Position numbers and translations under genes: made by a program. From contig CAWBAN010000001.1 in assembly GCA_963786935.1 (NCBI GenBank), forward strand, positions 1,120,001-1,184,000: a DNA stretch of 64,000 bases, given 5' to 3'. Positions 11,917 through 21,395 of this stretch are shown here, one piece after another. The notes under the pieces were generated by a model, which had not been told where the DNA came from, made no database searches, and worked only from the letters and a program-made list of their open reading frames with translations. Origin of the DNA: an uncultured bacterium (GTDB lineage Bacteria > Krumholzibacteriota > Krumholzibacteriia > Krumholzibacteriales > Krumholzibacteriaceae). Numbering within the stretch: position 1 is the first letter of the stretch; every line of letters starts with the position of its first letter.

Positions 11917-12555
11917 TCATTCGCCCGCGGGCCAGGGAAAGCGCCCCGCGCGGACGAGCCGCTCCGTTTCCCCGGTGAAATCGACGATCGTCGACGGAAG
12001 GGCCGGCGATCTCCCCCGCCGCGAAAGGTACGCGGCGAGCCCGGGAAAGGCGCGCCTGATATCCGAGATTCTCGCGAGCGGAATGCTCCCCGAGCGGTTG
12101 GCGCTCGTCGAGACGAGCGGCTCCCCGAGCGCCCGGATCACCGCCCTGAGCTCCGCGAGCGCGGGGATACGCACGGCGACCTTCCCGTTCCTCGAAAGCG
12201 GCGCGGAGAGATTCGCGCGTGCGGGCAGCAGTGCGGTCAGCGGCGCGGGCCAGATGCGGGCGAGCGTTCGCGCGGAGCCGCCGGGCCAGCGAGCGACGAG
12301 CGAGCGCGCCATGGCCTCGTCCGACGCGAGCAGGATGAGCCCCGTCCGCGCGGCGCTCCCCTTCAGCTTCAGGATCGTCTCGATCCCGCGCGCGTTCGAG
12401 ACGGCGCAGTGAAAGCCATAGATCGTGTCGGTGGGAAGGACCGCGACGCCGCCCGCGGCGAGCGCTGCGGCGGCCCTCCGGATGGAGGATCGCCCGAGAA
12501 CGCCGGAGACGCCCGGCGCGTCCCCGCGGCGAACGCTTCTCACGGCCGGCGCCAT
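11917..12555 (-). CDS. tsaC: L-threonylcarbamoyladenylate synthase (Sua5/YrdC/TsaC)
   Basis: PTDTIYG, WPAPLT, VAVRIP, STSANRSG, PSTIVD. Confidence 0.85.
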   Translation of the reverse strand: MAPAVRSVRRGDAPGVSGVLGRSSIRRAAAALAAGGVAVLPTDTIYGFHCAVSNARGIETILKLKGSAARTGLILLASDEAMARSLVARWPGGSARTLARIWPAPLTALLPARANLSAPLSRNGKVAVRIPALAELRAVIRALGEPLVSTSANRSGSIPLARISDIRRAFPGLAAYLSRRGRSPALPSTIVDFTGETERLVRAGRFPWPAGE

Positions 12556-13007
12556 TCCGCCCGCATCTCCTCGAGCCGTTTCGCGACGTCCTCGTCGGAA
12601 AGCGCGAGGATTTCGGCGGCGAGGATCGCGGCGTTACGGGCTCCCGCCTTGCCGACGGCCACGGCGGCGACCGGCACTCCCGGGGGCATCTGCACGATCG
12701 AATAGAGCGCGTCCACCCCTCCGGGGAGCCCGCTCGCGAGCGGAACCCCGATCACGGGCCTCGTCGTGATGGACGCCACGAAGCCGGGAAGCGCGGCCGA
12801 CATGCCGGCGCCCGCGATGAAGACCTGCGCGCCCCGCTCGAGCGCCCCCTCGACGTACTCGGCGGTCCGTTTCGGCTGACGGTGCGCGGACCTGACCTCG
12901 AGCTCCGCCGGTATGCCGAGCTTCTCGAGCTCCTTGAGACACGCCTCCATCGGCTCGCGGTCCGATTCGCTTCCCATGAGCACGGCGACCTTCAGTTCGC
13001 GTTTCAT
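12540..13007 (-). CDS. purE: N5-CAIR mutase / AIR carboxylase
   Basis: MGSESD, SAHR, AGMSAALPG, PVIGVP, QMPPGVPVA. Confidence 0.95.
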   Translation of the reverse strand: MKRELKVAVLMGSESDREPMEACLKELEKLGIPAELEVRSAHRQPKRTAEYVEGALERGAQVFIAGAGMSAALPGFVASITTRPVIGVPLASGLPGGVDALYSIVQMPPGVPVAAVAVGKAGARNAAILAAEILALSDEDVAKRLEEMRAEWRRP

Positions 13008-13011
13008 GAGC

Positions 13012-14277
13012 CTATCTCAATCCTTTCTTCCCGATGTCGCTGCGGGAGAAGCAGCCGGTGAACGAAATCGCGGCCGCGCCGCGGTACGCGGCATCGACGG
13101 CGTCGCGGAGCGTCGGGGCCGTCGCGGTCACGCCGAGCACGCGCCCGCCGTTCGTCACGACGGCGCCGTCCTGCGCCGCGGTGCCCGCGTGAAACACGAT
13201 GCACCCCTCGTCGCGCGCCCGGTCGAGCCCCTCGATCGGATGCCCCTTGTCGTACGGGCCGGGATAGCCCTTCGACGCGAGCACGACGCACGCGGCCGCG
13301 CCGGGGCCGTTTTCGAAGCGCGCGCTCCCGAACCGTCCCCCCGCGGCCTCGAACATCGCCTGAGCGAGATCGCCCGCGAAGAGCGGGAGGATCGCCTGGG
13401 TTTCGGGATCGCCGAACCGGCAGTTGTACTCGAGGACCTTGGGGCCGCCCTTCGTGATCATGAGCCCGAAGTACAGGACTCCGGCGCCCACGATCCCCTC
13501 GCTCCGCATTCCCTCGAAAGTCGGCTCTATGATCTCCTTCTTCACGCGCGCGGCGAGCCCTTCGTCGTACATCGGGACGGGGGCGTAGGCGCCCATGCCG
13601 CCGGTGTTCGGACCCTGGTCTCCGTCGTGCGCCCGCTTGTGATCCTGCGAGGGAACGAACAGCCGATAATCGTTCCCATCGTACAGGGCGAGAACCGAGA
13701 CCTCCTCGCCGCTCAGGAACTCCTCGAGCACGATGCGCTCGCCGGCCGCCCCGAATCCGCCCCGCTTCATGACGAGCTCGATTGCCGATCGCGCTTCCCG
13801 GGCCGTGTTCGCGATGATGACGCCCTTGCCCGCGGCGAGCCCGTCCGCCTTGACGACGTACGGCGCCTCCATGGAGTCGACCGCCTTGATCGCCGAGGTC
13901 GCGTTCCCGAACGCGCGGAACTCCCCCGTCGGAATATCGTAGCGCTTCATGAACTCCTTCGCCCAGACCTTGCTCCCCTCGAGGCGAGCCCCCTTCTTGT
14001 CGAATCCGAATATCCGCAGAGCCTTCGACGTGAAGAGGTCGACGATGCCGGCGACGAGCGGGGCCTCGGGGCCGACGACGGTGAGATCGATCTTCTTCTC
14101 GAGCGCGAGCTTCAGGAGTCCGTCGAGGTCGTCCGCGCCGACGCCGACGCATTCGGCGTGAGCCGCGATGCCCGGGTTTCCCGGCGCGCAGTATATCTTC
14201 TTGACCGCGGGGGACTGGGCGAGCTTCCACACGATCGCGTGCTCGCGTCCGCCGCCGCCGATAACGAGAATATTCAT
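13012..14277 (-). CDS. purD: Phosphoribosylamine-glycine ligase
   Basis: GGGGREHA, KADGLAAGKGV, QDHKR, GPNTGGMGAY, EYNCRFGDPE. Confidence 0.97.
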   Translation of the reverse strand: MNILVIGGGGREHAIVWKLAQSPAVKKIYCAPGNPGIAAHAECVGVGADDLDGLLKLALEKKIDLTVVGPEAPLVAGIVDLFTSKALRIFGFDKKGARLEGSKVWAKEFMKRYDIPTGEFRAFGNATSAIKAVDSMEAPYVVKADGLAAGKGVIIANTAREARSAIELVMKRGGFGAAGERIVLEEFLSGEEVSVLALYDGNDYRLFVPSQDHKRAHDGDQGPNTGGMGAYAPVPMYDEGLAARVKKEIIEPTFEGMRSEGIVGAGVLYFGLMITKGGPKVLEYNCRFGDPETQAILPLFAGDLAQAMFEAAGGRFGSARFENGPGAAACVVLASKGYPGPYDKGHPIEGLDRARDEGCIVFHAGTAAQDGAVVTNGGRVLGVTATAPTLRDAVDAAYRGAAAISFTGCFSRSDIGKKGLR

Positions 14278-14336
14278 GAGAATCGCGTTCCTCCATGGCG
14301 CCCGCGCCGCCGATGCGGCGCCCCGCGCCGAAACAG

Positions 14337-14365
14337 ATTATACCCGAGCCCCGCGACGCGGAGAA
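14337..14365 (-). promoter_or_regulatory. Possible promoter for purD-purE-tsaC
   Basis: Perfect TATAAT (14342-14337) with a weak -35 TTCTCC at 17 bp. Confidence 0.4.
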
Positions 14366-14385
14366 AGGAAATTTGCCCGCGGCCG

Positions 14386-15651
14386 CTACCGCCTCGCGGG
14401 CAGGAACCGGGACGCGTCGGCGATGACGAGCAGATCCTCTTCATCGATTCCTTCGAGCAGGAATCTCTCGTATCCGTCCTTCCAGGGGCAGAAGCCGAAT
14501 CGCGAGACGCAATCGTCGGAGAGCGTCGATCTGAGATAGATCGAGAAGCGCGTCGTGAGCTCGCACGTCGATATCGCGGTCTGCGCGTTGAGCGTATAGC
14601 CCCGCCTCACGACGTCGGGCACCTCGTGTCTTCCCCGGTCGAACGCGGCGAGATACGAGTCCGATCCGATACCCTCGGAGCAGGCCGCCGCGGCGAGGAG
14701 CAGCCCTCCCTCCTCGAGGGCGCCCGAAGCGTACCGCAGCGCCTTGTGGCTCTGCAGGAGATCGATGTCAGACGGAAAACCGCCCGCCGACACGATCGCG
14801 GCGCGATAGGGCCGGTCGACGGGGAACCGGAAGTGCGTCGACACGAAATCGCACGCCGCGCGGTGGGAAGCGTCGAGCTCCCCCGCGTTGACGAACAGGA
14901 CGCGTCCCGCCGGGCCGCCCACCGCGTTGACGGCGAAGGTCCGCGCGCCGAGCAGCCGCGCCCCCGCGAGCATGTCCGCGTGGACCGGATTCCCGTCGAG
15001 CGCGCCGGCGCGGCATCCGGGCGAGAGCCCCGTCCCCGGATCCCTCCCGAGCGACAGCCGGTGGTTCGCCAGAATCGTCCGCTCCCCGGCGACGCCGGGC
15101 AGGATGAGCTTCCGCGCGCCGCCGAAGCCGGCGAAATAGTGGAACGAAACCGAGCCGAGCGCGATGACGAGCGCCGATTCGGCGACGGTCCGGTTGAACA
15201 GGCACCGCGTCCCCGCGGGAGTCGTCCCGACCTCGATGAGCGAATCGGTGTCGCGCGCGTCGTGCGCGATCACCCGCCAGCGCAGCGGCACGCCGGCGCC
15301 GACGTGCGCCTCGAGCTCTCCCTCGCGGAATCCCCGGTGCATGCCGAGGGCCGCGACGATCGCGACGCGGTCCGGCCCCGCCCCGTTCGCTTCGAGATAC
15401 GCCAGCAGCGGGGCGAGCATGAGCCCCGTTCCCCCGCCCCTCGTGATGTCGGAAATGAGAACCGAAATGCCGCCCGATCGGGGGATGAGCGTCCGGAGCG
15501 CGCGCGCGCCGACCGGACGTTCGAGCGCCTCGGCGAGCGAGCGCGCCGGGTCGGCGAGCGGCTCGGGATAGGCCGTTCCCGCCGCTCTGACGCGACGCCC
15601 TCCGAGATCGATGTTCAGGATGCCGTCATGGTAGCGAAGGGCGAACTGCAC
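14386..15651 (-). CDS. LarA (nickel-pincer lactate racemase / 2-hydroxyacid epimerase) family protein
   Basis: SDITR, ALGMHR, HYFAGFGGARKLILPG, DLLQSHKA motifs; GGAGG RBS before GTG 15651. Confidence 0.82.
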   Translation of the reverse strand: MQFALRYHDGILNIDLGGRRVRAAGTAYPEPLADPARSLAEALERPVGARALRTLIPRSGGISVLISDITRGGGTGLMLAPLLAYLEANGAGPDRVAIVAALGMHRGFREGELEAHVGAGVPLRWRVIAHDARDTDSLIEVGTTPAGTRCLFNRTVAESALVIALGSVSFHYFAGFGGARKLILPGVAGERTILANHRLSLGRDPGTGLSPGCRAGALDGNPVHADMLAGARLLGARTFAVNAVGGPAGRVLFVNAGELDASHRAACDFVSTHFRFPVDRPYRAAIVSAGGFPSDIDLLQSHKALRYASGALEEGGLLLAAAACSEGIGSDSYLAAFDRGRHEVPDVVRRGYTLNAQTAISTCELTTRFSIYLRSTLSDDCVSRFGFCPWKDGYERFLLEGIDEEDLLVIADASRFLPARR

Positions 15652-15730
15652 GCGAACCTCCGGCGCGGCCGCCCGCGAACGCGCGCCGCTCCCGAATACG
15701 AACCGGCGCCGGCGAGCGGCGCCGCGCGGA

Positions 15731-16672
15731 TCAGTCGGGAAGGATGTGCGTGCCGACGTGCCCCTTGCAGGCGTCGAGCAGCATGGTGGCATCCGAGATG
15801 ATGACCCGTTTTCCGCCGGACTCGATGAATTCGATCGCCGCCTCGATCTTGGGGCCCATGCTTCCCGGCGGGAACTCCCCCGCGTCGTAGAGCTTCCTGA
15901 TTTCGGCGAGCCTGATCTTGCGCAGCGCCTTCTGCTCCGGCGCGCCGAAGCGCACGTACACCTCGGGCACGCTCGTGAGGATCACGAGGCGCTCCGCTTG
16001 AATCATTTCGCCGAGAACGGCGGCCGCCCGGTCCTTGTCGATGACCGCCTCGACGCCGAGAAGCTCGCTCCCGCTCCGCACGACCGGAATGCCGCCGCCC
16101 CCCACCGCGATGACGATGGCGCCGGATTTGATGAGCCGCGCGATGATGTCCGATTCGACGATCTCGAGGGGACGGGGGGACGGAACGACTCGGCGATACC
16201 CGCGATTCGCGTCCATGATCATCCGGTACCCTTTTTCCCGCGCCAGGGCATCGGCGTCTTCCTTGCCGTAGAACAGGCCGATCGGTTTCGTCGGGTGCTG
16301 AAACGCCTCGTCCTCCTCGGAGACGACGACCTGAGAGACGATCGTGACGACCTCGCGGTGTACGCCCCGCACGCTCAGCTCGTTCCGGAGCGACTGCTGG
16401 ATCATGTAGCCGATTCCGCCCTGCGAGTCGGCGCCGCACACATCGAGGGGCATCGGCGGTATGCGGCCCTTGACCGCCTCGTTCCGCTCGACGATGTTTC
16501 CCACGATGGGACCGTTTCCGTGCGTGATGATCACCCGCCGCCCGGAGATGATGAGCTCGGCGACCTGCCGCATCGAGGTCGACGTGAGCTCTCGCTGGGC
16601 CTCGATCGTTCCGCTCCCCTTGGTGGGGATGATCGCGTTTCCGCCGAGGGCGATGACGTCCATTCCGCGCAC
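15731..16672 (-). CDS. arcC: Carbamate kinase
   Basis: IALGGNA, THGNGPIVG, PTKPIG, YRRVVPSP, GGGGIPV, EAVIDKD, GSMGPK. Confidence 0.95.
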   Translation of the reverse strand: MRGMDVIALGGNAIIPTKGSGTIEAQRELTSTSMRQVAELIISGRRVIITHGNGPIVGNIVERNEAVKGRIPPMPLDVCGADSQGGIGYMIQQSLRNELSVRGVHREVVTIVSQVVVSEEDEAFQHPTKPIGLFYGKEDADALAREKGYRMIMDANRGYRRVVPSPRPLEIVESDIIARLIKSGAIVIAVGGGGIPVVRSGSELLGVEAVIDKDRAAAVLGEMIQAERLVILTSVPEVYVRFGAPEQKALRKIRLAEIRKLYDAGEFPPGSMGPKIEAAIEFIESGGKRVIISDATMLLDACKGHVGTHILPD

Positions 16673-16689
16673 CGGATACTACCTCCCCC

Positions 16690-16731
16690 AAAAACAAGTC
16701 CCCTGTTGAAGGCCGGAGCCTTCAACAGGGG
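16690..16731 (-). terminator. 14-bp perfect stem-loop with an imperfect U-tract between the aminotransferase and arcC
   Basis: cccctgttgaaggc-cgga-gccttcaacagggg (16700-16731), followed on the minus strand by ACTTGTTTTT. Confidence 0.65.
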
Positions 16732-16755
16732 GATGTTCGTTCTCTCGCGCGTCTC

Positions 16756-17907
16756 TTACAGAGCGGCGCGGATCTTCGCGAGCGCCTTCTTGATGTTCTC
16801 CTGGGAATTCGCGTAGGAGAACCGCAGGTAGCCTTCGCCGTACTTCCCGAAGCTCGTCCCGCTGAGCCCCGCCACGCCGGCCTTCTCGAGGAGGTGCACC
16901 TCGAGCTCCTTCGACTTCATCCCCGTGCCCGTGATGTTCGGGAACACGTAGAAGGATCCCTTCGGCTTCAGGCACGTGAAGCCCGGAATCGCGTTGAGGC
17001 CGTCGACGATGAGGTCGCGGCGCGCCTTGAATTCCTTGACCATCTTGCGCGACTTGGACTGGGACCCGGTCAGCGCCTCCATGCCGGCGATCTGCGTGAA
17101 GCTCGCCGTGCAGGAGTTCGAGTTCGTCTGGAGCCGCGCGATCGCATCGGCGACCTTCGGCGGCATGATGCCGTATCCGAGCCTCCATCCGGTCATCGCG
17201 TAGGTCTTCGAATGCCCCTCGAGGAGAATCGTCCGGTCCTTCACTTCGGGAAAATCGTAGATGCTCACGTGCTTGCCCTCGTAGATGATCTTGCTGTAGA
17301 CCTCGTCGCTCAGAATCCACGCGTTGAATTTGTCGGCCAGCTCGGCAACGGTCTTCATGTCCTTCTTCGTGAGCATCCCGCCCGTCGGGTTCTGCGGAGA
17401 GTTGATGATGATGAGCTTCGTCTTCTCGTTCACGAGCGTCCGGAGCTCGTCGACGTCGAAGGAGAATCCCTTCTCCTCGCGCAGCGGAATCGGCACCGGC
17501 TTGGCGCCGACGAAATTGATGACCGACTCGTAGATCGGGAAGCCCGGATTCGGATAGATGACCTCGTCCCCCTCGTCGACGAGCGCCAGGATGCTGAAGA
17601 AAAGGATGGGCTTGGCGCCGGGAGTGATGACGATGTTCTCGGGCTTGACCTCGACGCCCCGGTCCTTCGTGATGTGCTCCGCGAAGACCTTTCGCGCGTC
17701 GAGGAGCCCCGCGGAGGGCCCGTAGTGGGTGAATCCCTTTTTGAGCGCGTTGATCGCGGCCTTGACGATATTGGGCGGGGTATCGAAATCGGGCTCGCCG
17801 ATCTCGAGATGGACCATTTCCCTGCCTTCGGCTTCCATCGCTTTCGCGCGGGCCAGCACTTCGAAGGCGGTTTCGGTGCCGAGCCTGCTCATCCGTTCCG
17901 CAAACAT
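16756..17907 (-). CDS. PLP-dependent aminotransferase class I/II (aspartate aminotransferase-like)
   Basis: IGEPDF, NSPQNPTG, SDEVY, SKTYAMTGWRLG (PLP lysine). Confidence 0.93.
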   Translation of the reverse strand: MFAERMSRLGTETAFEVLARAKAMEAEGREMVHLEIGEPDFDTPPNIVKAAINALKKGFTHYGPSAGLLDARKVFAEHITKDRGVEVKPENIVITPGAKPILFFSILALVDEGDEVIYPNPGFPIYESVINFVGAKPVPIPLREEKGFSFDVDELRTLVNEKTKLIIINSPQNPTGGMLTKKDMKTVAELADKFNAWILSDEVYSKIIYEGKHVSIYDFPEVKDRTILLEGHSKTYAMTGWRLGYGIMPPKVADAIARLQTNSNSCTASFTQIAGMEALTGSQSKSRKMVKEFKARRDLIVDGLNAIPGFTCLKPKGSFYVFPNITGTGMKSKELEVHLLEKAGVAGLSGTSFGKYGEGYLRFSYANSQENIKKALAKIRAAL

Positions 17908-17963
17908 CTCTCCTCCTCGAACTCAAGACAGACGGCCGATCTCTCAATAATTGAACAATATCT

Positions 17964-17992
17964 ATATTAGGCGGGCGAATCATCTTTGTCAA
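17964..17992 (-). promoter_or_regulatory. Sigma70 promoter for the aminotransferase operon
   Basis: TTGACA-N17-TAATAT. Confidence 0.75.
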
Positions 17993-18102
17993 TGGAATAC
18001 GGGAACCGGGCGGGCAATAGCGGTTCGGGCAAAATGAGTTACGTTCACGGCGCAGCGGGATAGGAGGCCGGCGCCCGGCGCCCGAGGATCGGGCGCGCTC
18101 GC

Positions 18103-19650
18103 TCAGCCGAGGCTTCCGAGATAACGCTGTATCTCGCGCTTCACTTCCTCGCGGATCGCGCTCCCTTTTCCCGCGAGCCTCAGGAGGGTCGTCTTGTCGA
18201 CGAACCGGACGTGGATGAATTTGCGCAGACTCGACACCGGCACCTTCGAGGGATTCAGGAGGAGGTTGAGCGGCACCTCTTTGTTCGCGAAGCCCGAGTA
18301 GAGATCCCTCCTGTTGGCGACGATCGTGAGCACGCGAATCGACCGGGCGCGCTGCGAGATGAGCGCGATGATGCCCGGCTGGGACAAGACGCGGGGATTG
18401 TCCATGAGCTCCAGGATGAATTGATCGTTGTCGATATAGGTCATCACGAGCGTCCGGTAGCTGACGGTTTTATCCTGATGGATATTCGCCCAGTCGACGT
18501 CCCGGGGAAGCTGATCGATATCGAGAAAATGCGCCGCCGGCACCCTCCTCACGTCGATGGCGAGCACCTTGTGATGGAGCTCGAATCCGGGGAGGTCGAG
18601 GAGCATCTTGAGGATGTTCAACGCCGCGAGCTTGTGCAGGAGTATTTCGAACATCCCCTGCCCCGCGTGATTCACGAAGATGTCGAGACAGCTCAGATAA
18701 TCGGGCTTCCGCTGGACGCGCAGGAGCAGCGGGTGCATGAGAAGCCCCCGGATGATCGCGGTGCCGAGCTTCATGTGCGGATACGGATGCGCCCGCGACA
18801 GCTGCTTCTCGAAGAGATCGGCGAGGGCGGAGCCCGCCGGCGTTTTGCGCAGCTCGGCGACCGCTCCGTCCCAACGCTCCCCGAGCTTTTGCCGGAGAAG
18901 CAGCGTCGCCTCGCCGTAGCGCTGGTACGCGCCTTCGAGCGCCTGCACCCGCCACTTCGTCTCCTCGGCCTTCGAGATCAGGTAGACGGTCGCGCGGGGC
19001 TTGGACATGAAATTGATCGTGGCGAGCGCGCCCTTCACGCGAAGCTCGAGGGCTTCGAGCTCGACCTTCGAGCGCTCCATGATCGCCTTGTCCCAGCGGC
19101 GGTCGGGATCGGCGACGGCCTTCCGCACGCCGTCGCTCCACCCGAGCCACGGCGCTTCCGCCGGCGCGCCGGAGCCGCCGGGCAAGGGATGCGACATCGA
19201 GAGGAGCATGACCTTCTTCTTGAACCAGTCTTCGCTTTCCTTGAGCGCCGTCCCCGCGCGCTCCTTGCGGGCGATTGCGCTCATGACACGCTTGACGTTC
19301 CTGAATTCGACGAGCTCCGTGACCATCGTCTCGGCGGGCGGGAGCGCGAGGAGCGCCGCATAGAGCAGCTTGAGCCCGGCTCCTTCTCCCTCGACCGCGA
19401 GCGCCGCTATTCTCAGAAGCTCCCGATGCGGCTCGCTCGACGTGGCGAAATAGTCGGCGAGGGCTTCGGCCTGCTGGAAGGTGTTCTCGATGGCGCCGAT
19501 TTTCAGGAGGCCGCTTCTGACCTCGCCGGTCGGCGTCGAATAGAGAAGCTCGTTGAGATGATCGAGAAACGGCATGAGAGGCGGAAAGGTGAGCACCTTT
19601 CTGCCGTATGTCTTGTCGTCATAGGCTATCGTGCGGACGGATTCCATCAT
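18103..19650 (-). CDS. Hypothetical helical protein with an LRV-like C-terminal region
   Basis: 515-aa ORF with host-like codon usage; C-terminal DNPRV...LNPSKVP pattern. Confidence 0.8.
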   Translation of the reverse strand: MMESVRTIAYDDKTYGRKVLTFPPLMPFLDHLNELLYSTPTGEVRSGLLKIGAIENTFQQAEALADYFATSSEPHRELLRIAALAVEGEGAGLKLLYAALLALPPAETMVTELVEFRNVKRVMSAIARKERAGTALKESEDWFKKKVMLLSMSHPLPGGSGAPAEAPWLGWSDGVRKAVADPDRRWDKAIMERSKVELEALELRVKGALATINFMSKPRATVYLISKAEETKWRVQALEGAYQRYGEATLLLRQKLGERWDGAVAELRKTPAGSALADLFEKQLSRAHPYPHMKLGTAIIRGLLMHPLLLRVQRKPDYLSCLDIFVNHAGQGMFEILLHKLAALNILKMLLDLPGFELHHKVLAIDVRRVPAAHFLDIDQLPRDVDWANIHQDKTVSYRTLVMTYIDNDQFILELMDNPRVLSQPGIIALISQRARSIRVLTIVANRRDLYSGFANKEVPLNLLLNPSKVPVSSLRKFIHVRFVDKTTLLRLAGKGSAIREEVKREIQRYLGSLG

Positions 19651-19660
19651 GAGTATTCAC

Positions 19661-19796
19661 TAGCATGAATGAGTCCAATTCGATGCCTTTCGCCCGCCGC
19701 CGCTCCGATCAGAGACGCGCCGCGACCTGCAGCGAGAAATCCGGCGCCGTTCCCGCCTCCAGCTTCACATGAGCAAAAATGCTTAACTTGTTGATA
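19661..19796 (-). promoter_or_regulatory. Possible sigma54 promoter plus IHF site upstream of the 18103-19650 gene
   Basis: TTGG-N10-GC (TTGGACTCATTCATGCTA, 19678-19661); perfect WATCAANNNNTTR (TATCAAcaagTTA, 19796-19784). Confidence 0.35.
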
Positions 19797-21355
19797 TATA
19801 ATCCAATCAACGCTGCGCCCCTTCTGGTGTCCCTCGAAACGACGCGCAGGGGAAAACTCCCCTGAAGAGAGGGCTCGTAGAAATAGCATACCGGATTCCC
19901 GAACGTCGTTTCGTAATCGGCGAGCGAGGCCGTCATCCGAAGCCGGTTCGAAAACAGGTTCACGCGGAGAACGGGTGAGACGAGCCAGGCGCGCCCCCCT
20001 TCCTCATCGATCCGCTTCAGCGACGCCCCGACGCGCGCGCGCGCGGCGACGCGCCATTCCCCCTGGACCGCGAGGGAGCGGGATCCGTCCAGCCGGATCT
20101 CCGATGCGCACGGGTATGGAATGACGTTCTGCCGCTCGTCCGCCGCCCCGGTCCACACGAGCCGCAGGAAACCCACCCGCCCGCGCCCTTCGCACTCGAT
20201 CCTCGCCGTCCGACGAACCGCGATACTATGACCGTCGGCGCGCTCGTACCGGTCGAGCGACCCCCTCACGTGAAATCCCCGCCGGATCATGCAATCGACG
20301 GCGGCGGCGCCGCCGCCGATCGAAGAGCTCTCTCCCGGCGAGCGGCCGATCACCGAGCTGAAGGTGTGCGCCGCGCCCGGCGGGACGAAATAGAGGAGAA
20401 GACCCGCCCGGGCTTTCGAGATTCTGCAGGAGAATGCCGAGAGCAGCGCCGGTTCGGTCTCGCCGCGCCATGCCGCCTCGAAGCCGGCGTTCATCACGTC
20501 CGATTTCCACCGGCCGTCGATGCCGAAAACGCGCGTCCCCCGCTCCCGCGCTCCGCCCGAGAGCGACAGGCCCGCCGCGGCCCGGCCGCGACGCGCCTCG
20601 ATCCGCGCGCCGGCAGCGGTCGTTCCGGAGGGATTCGGTCCGTCGGGACCGGAGGTCATCGCCCGCCCGCGGAACACCGCCGCATAGAAGTGCCGGCCGC
20701 GGATCTCCGCCGCGCCTCCCTGGAGCGACCGCGCGGAAAACGACGTCGTCCCCGCGATCATGCGAGGCGTATGAAACGGAAAAGCTCCCGACGAGAGCGA
20801 CGAGCCGCCCGATCCCCCGAAAACGAGCCCGAGCGCGAAATCGGGCACGATGGCGCCCGCGTGGAGCCGGACAGCGCCCGCCAGCGTCTCCCCCGCGAGA
20901 TACCATGAGACGGCGCGCGCTCCACCTTCGGCCTTCTTCGCTCGGCAGAGCGCACTCCATCCCCCGGCCCCCCCGGCGAGGTATACGTCGGATCTTCCCG
21001 CGCCGGAACGGGAGATCGTCCCCTGCGTGATCCGGCAAACGGCGCCGATGGAGCGGGGATCGTCCCGGCGGCGATAATCGCCGTCGCGCGCGCGCTCCCC
21101 GGCGATTGCCGTCGCCGAGAGCAGCTGCTCGAGCGCGGCGCGCGAAGGATCGTCGGGATTCTCCCGAAGATACTCGGCGATCTCCCGCTCGTCGAGCGAC
21201 GCCGCCGGCTCTCCGGCGCCCTCCGGAACCGTTTCCATGACGGCGCCGTCCGGCGCGCTCCGCGTATCGACGCCCTTCGCCGCGCGCCCCGCCGGGGCGC
21301 ACGACGCGGCCGCGAGCGCCGGGAGGAGACAGGCGATCGCTATCGCCGCCCGCAT
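19709..21355 (-). CDS. Predicted lipoprotein / outer-membrane barrel resembling FCB 'HhH/ComEA-barrel' hypothetical proteins
   Basis: Lipobox LAAASC; amphipathic strands; DFALGLVF and YFYE segments resemble that family (by eye). Confidence 0.6.
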   Translation of the reverse strand: MRAAIAIACLLPALAAASCAPAGRAAKGVDTRSAPDGAVMETVPEGAGEPAASLDEREIAEYLRENPDDPSRAALEQLLSATAIAGERARDGDYRRRDDPRSIGAVCRITQGTISRSGAGRSDVYLAGGAGGWSALCRAKKAEGGARAVSWYLAGETLAGAVRLHAGAIVPDFALGLVFGGSGGSSLSSGAFPFHTPRMIAGTTSFSARSLQGGAAEIRGRHFYAAVFRGRAMTSGPDGPNPSGTTAAGARIEARRGRAAAGLSLSGGARERGTRVFGIDGRWKSDVMNAGFEAAWRGETEPALLSAFSCRISKARAGLLLYFVPPGAAHTFSSVIGRSPGESSSIGGGAAAVDCMIRRGFHVRGSLDRYERADGHSIAVRRTARIECEGRGRVGFLRLVWTGAADERQNVIPYPCASEIRLDGSRSLAVQGEWRVAARARVGASLKRIDEEGGRAWLVSPVLRVNLFSNRLRMTASLADYETTFGNPVCYFYEPSLQGSFPLRVVSRDTRRGAALIGLYINKLSIFAHVKLEAGTAPDFSLQVAARL

Positions 21356-21395
21356 CGTCCGCGCGTTTCCCCCCACGGCGCCCGTCCCTCCGGTG

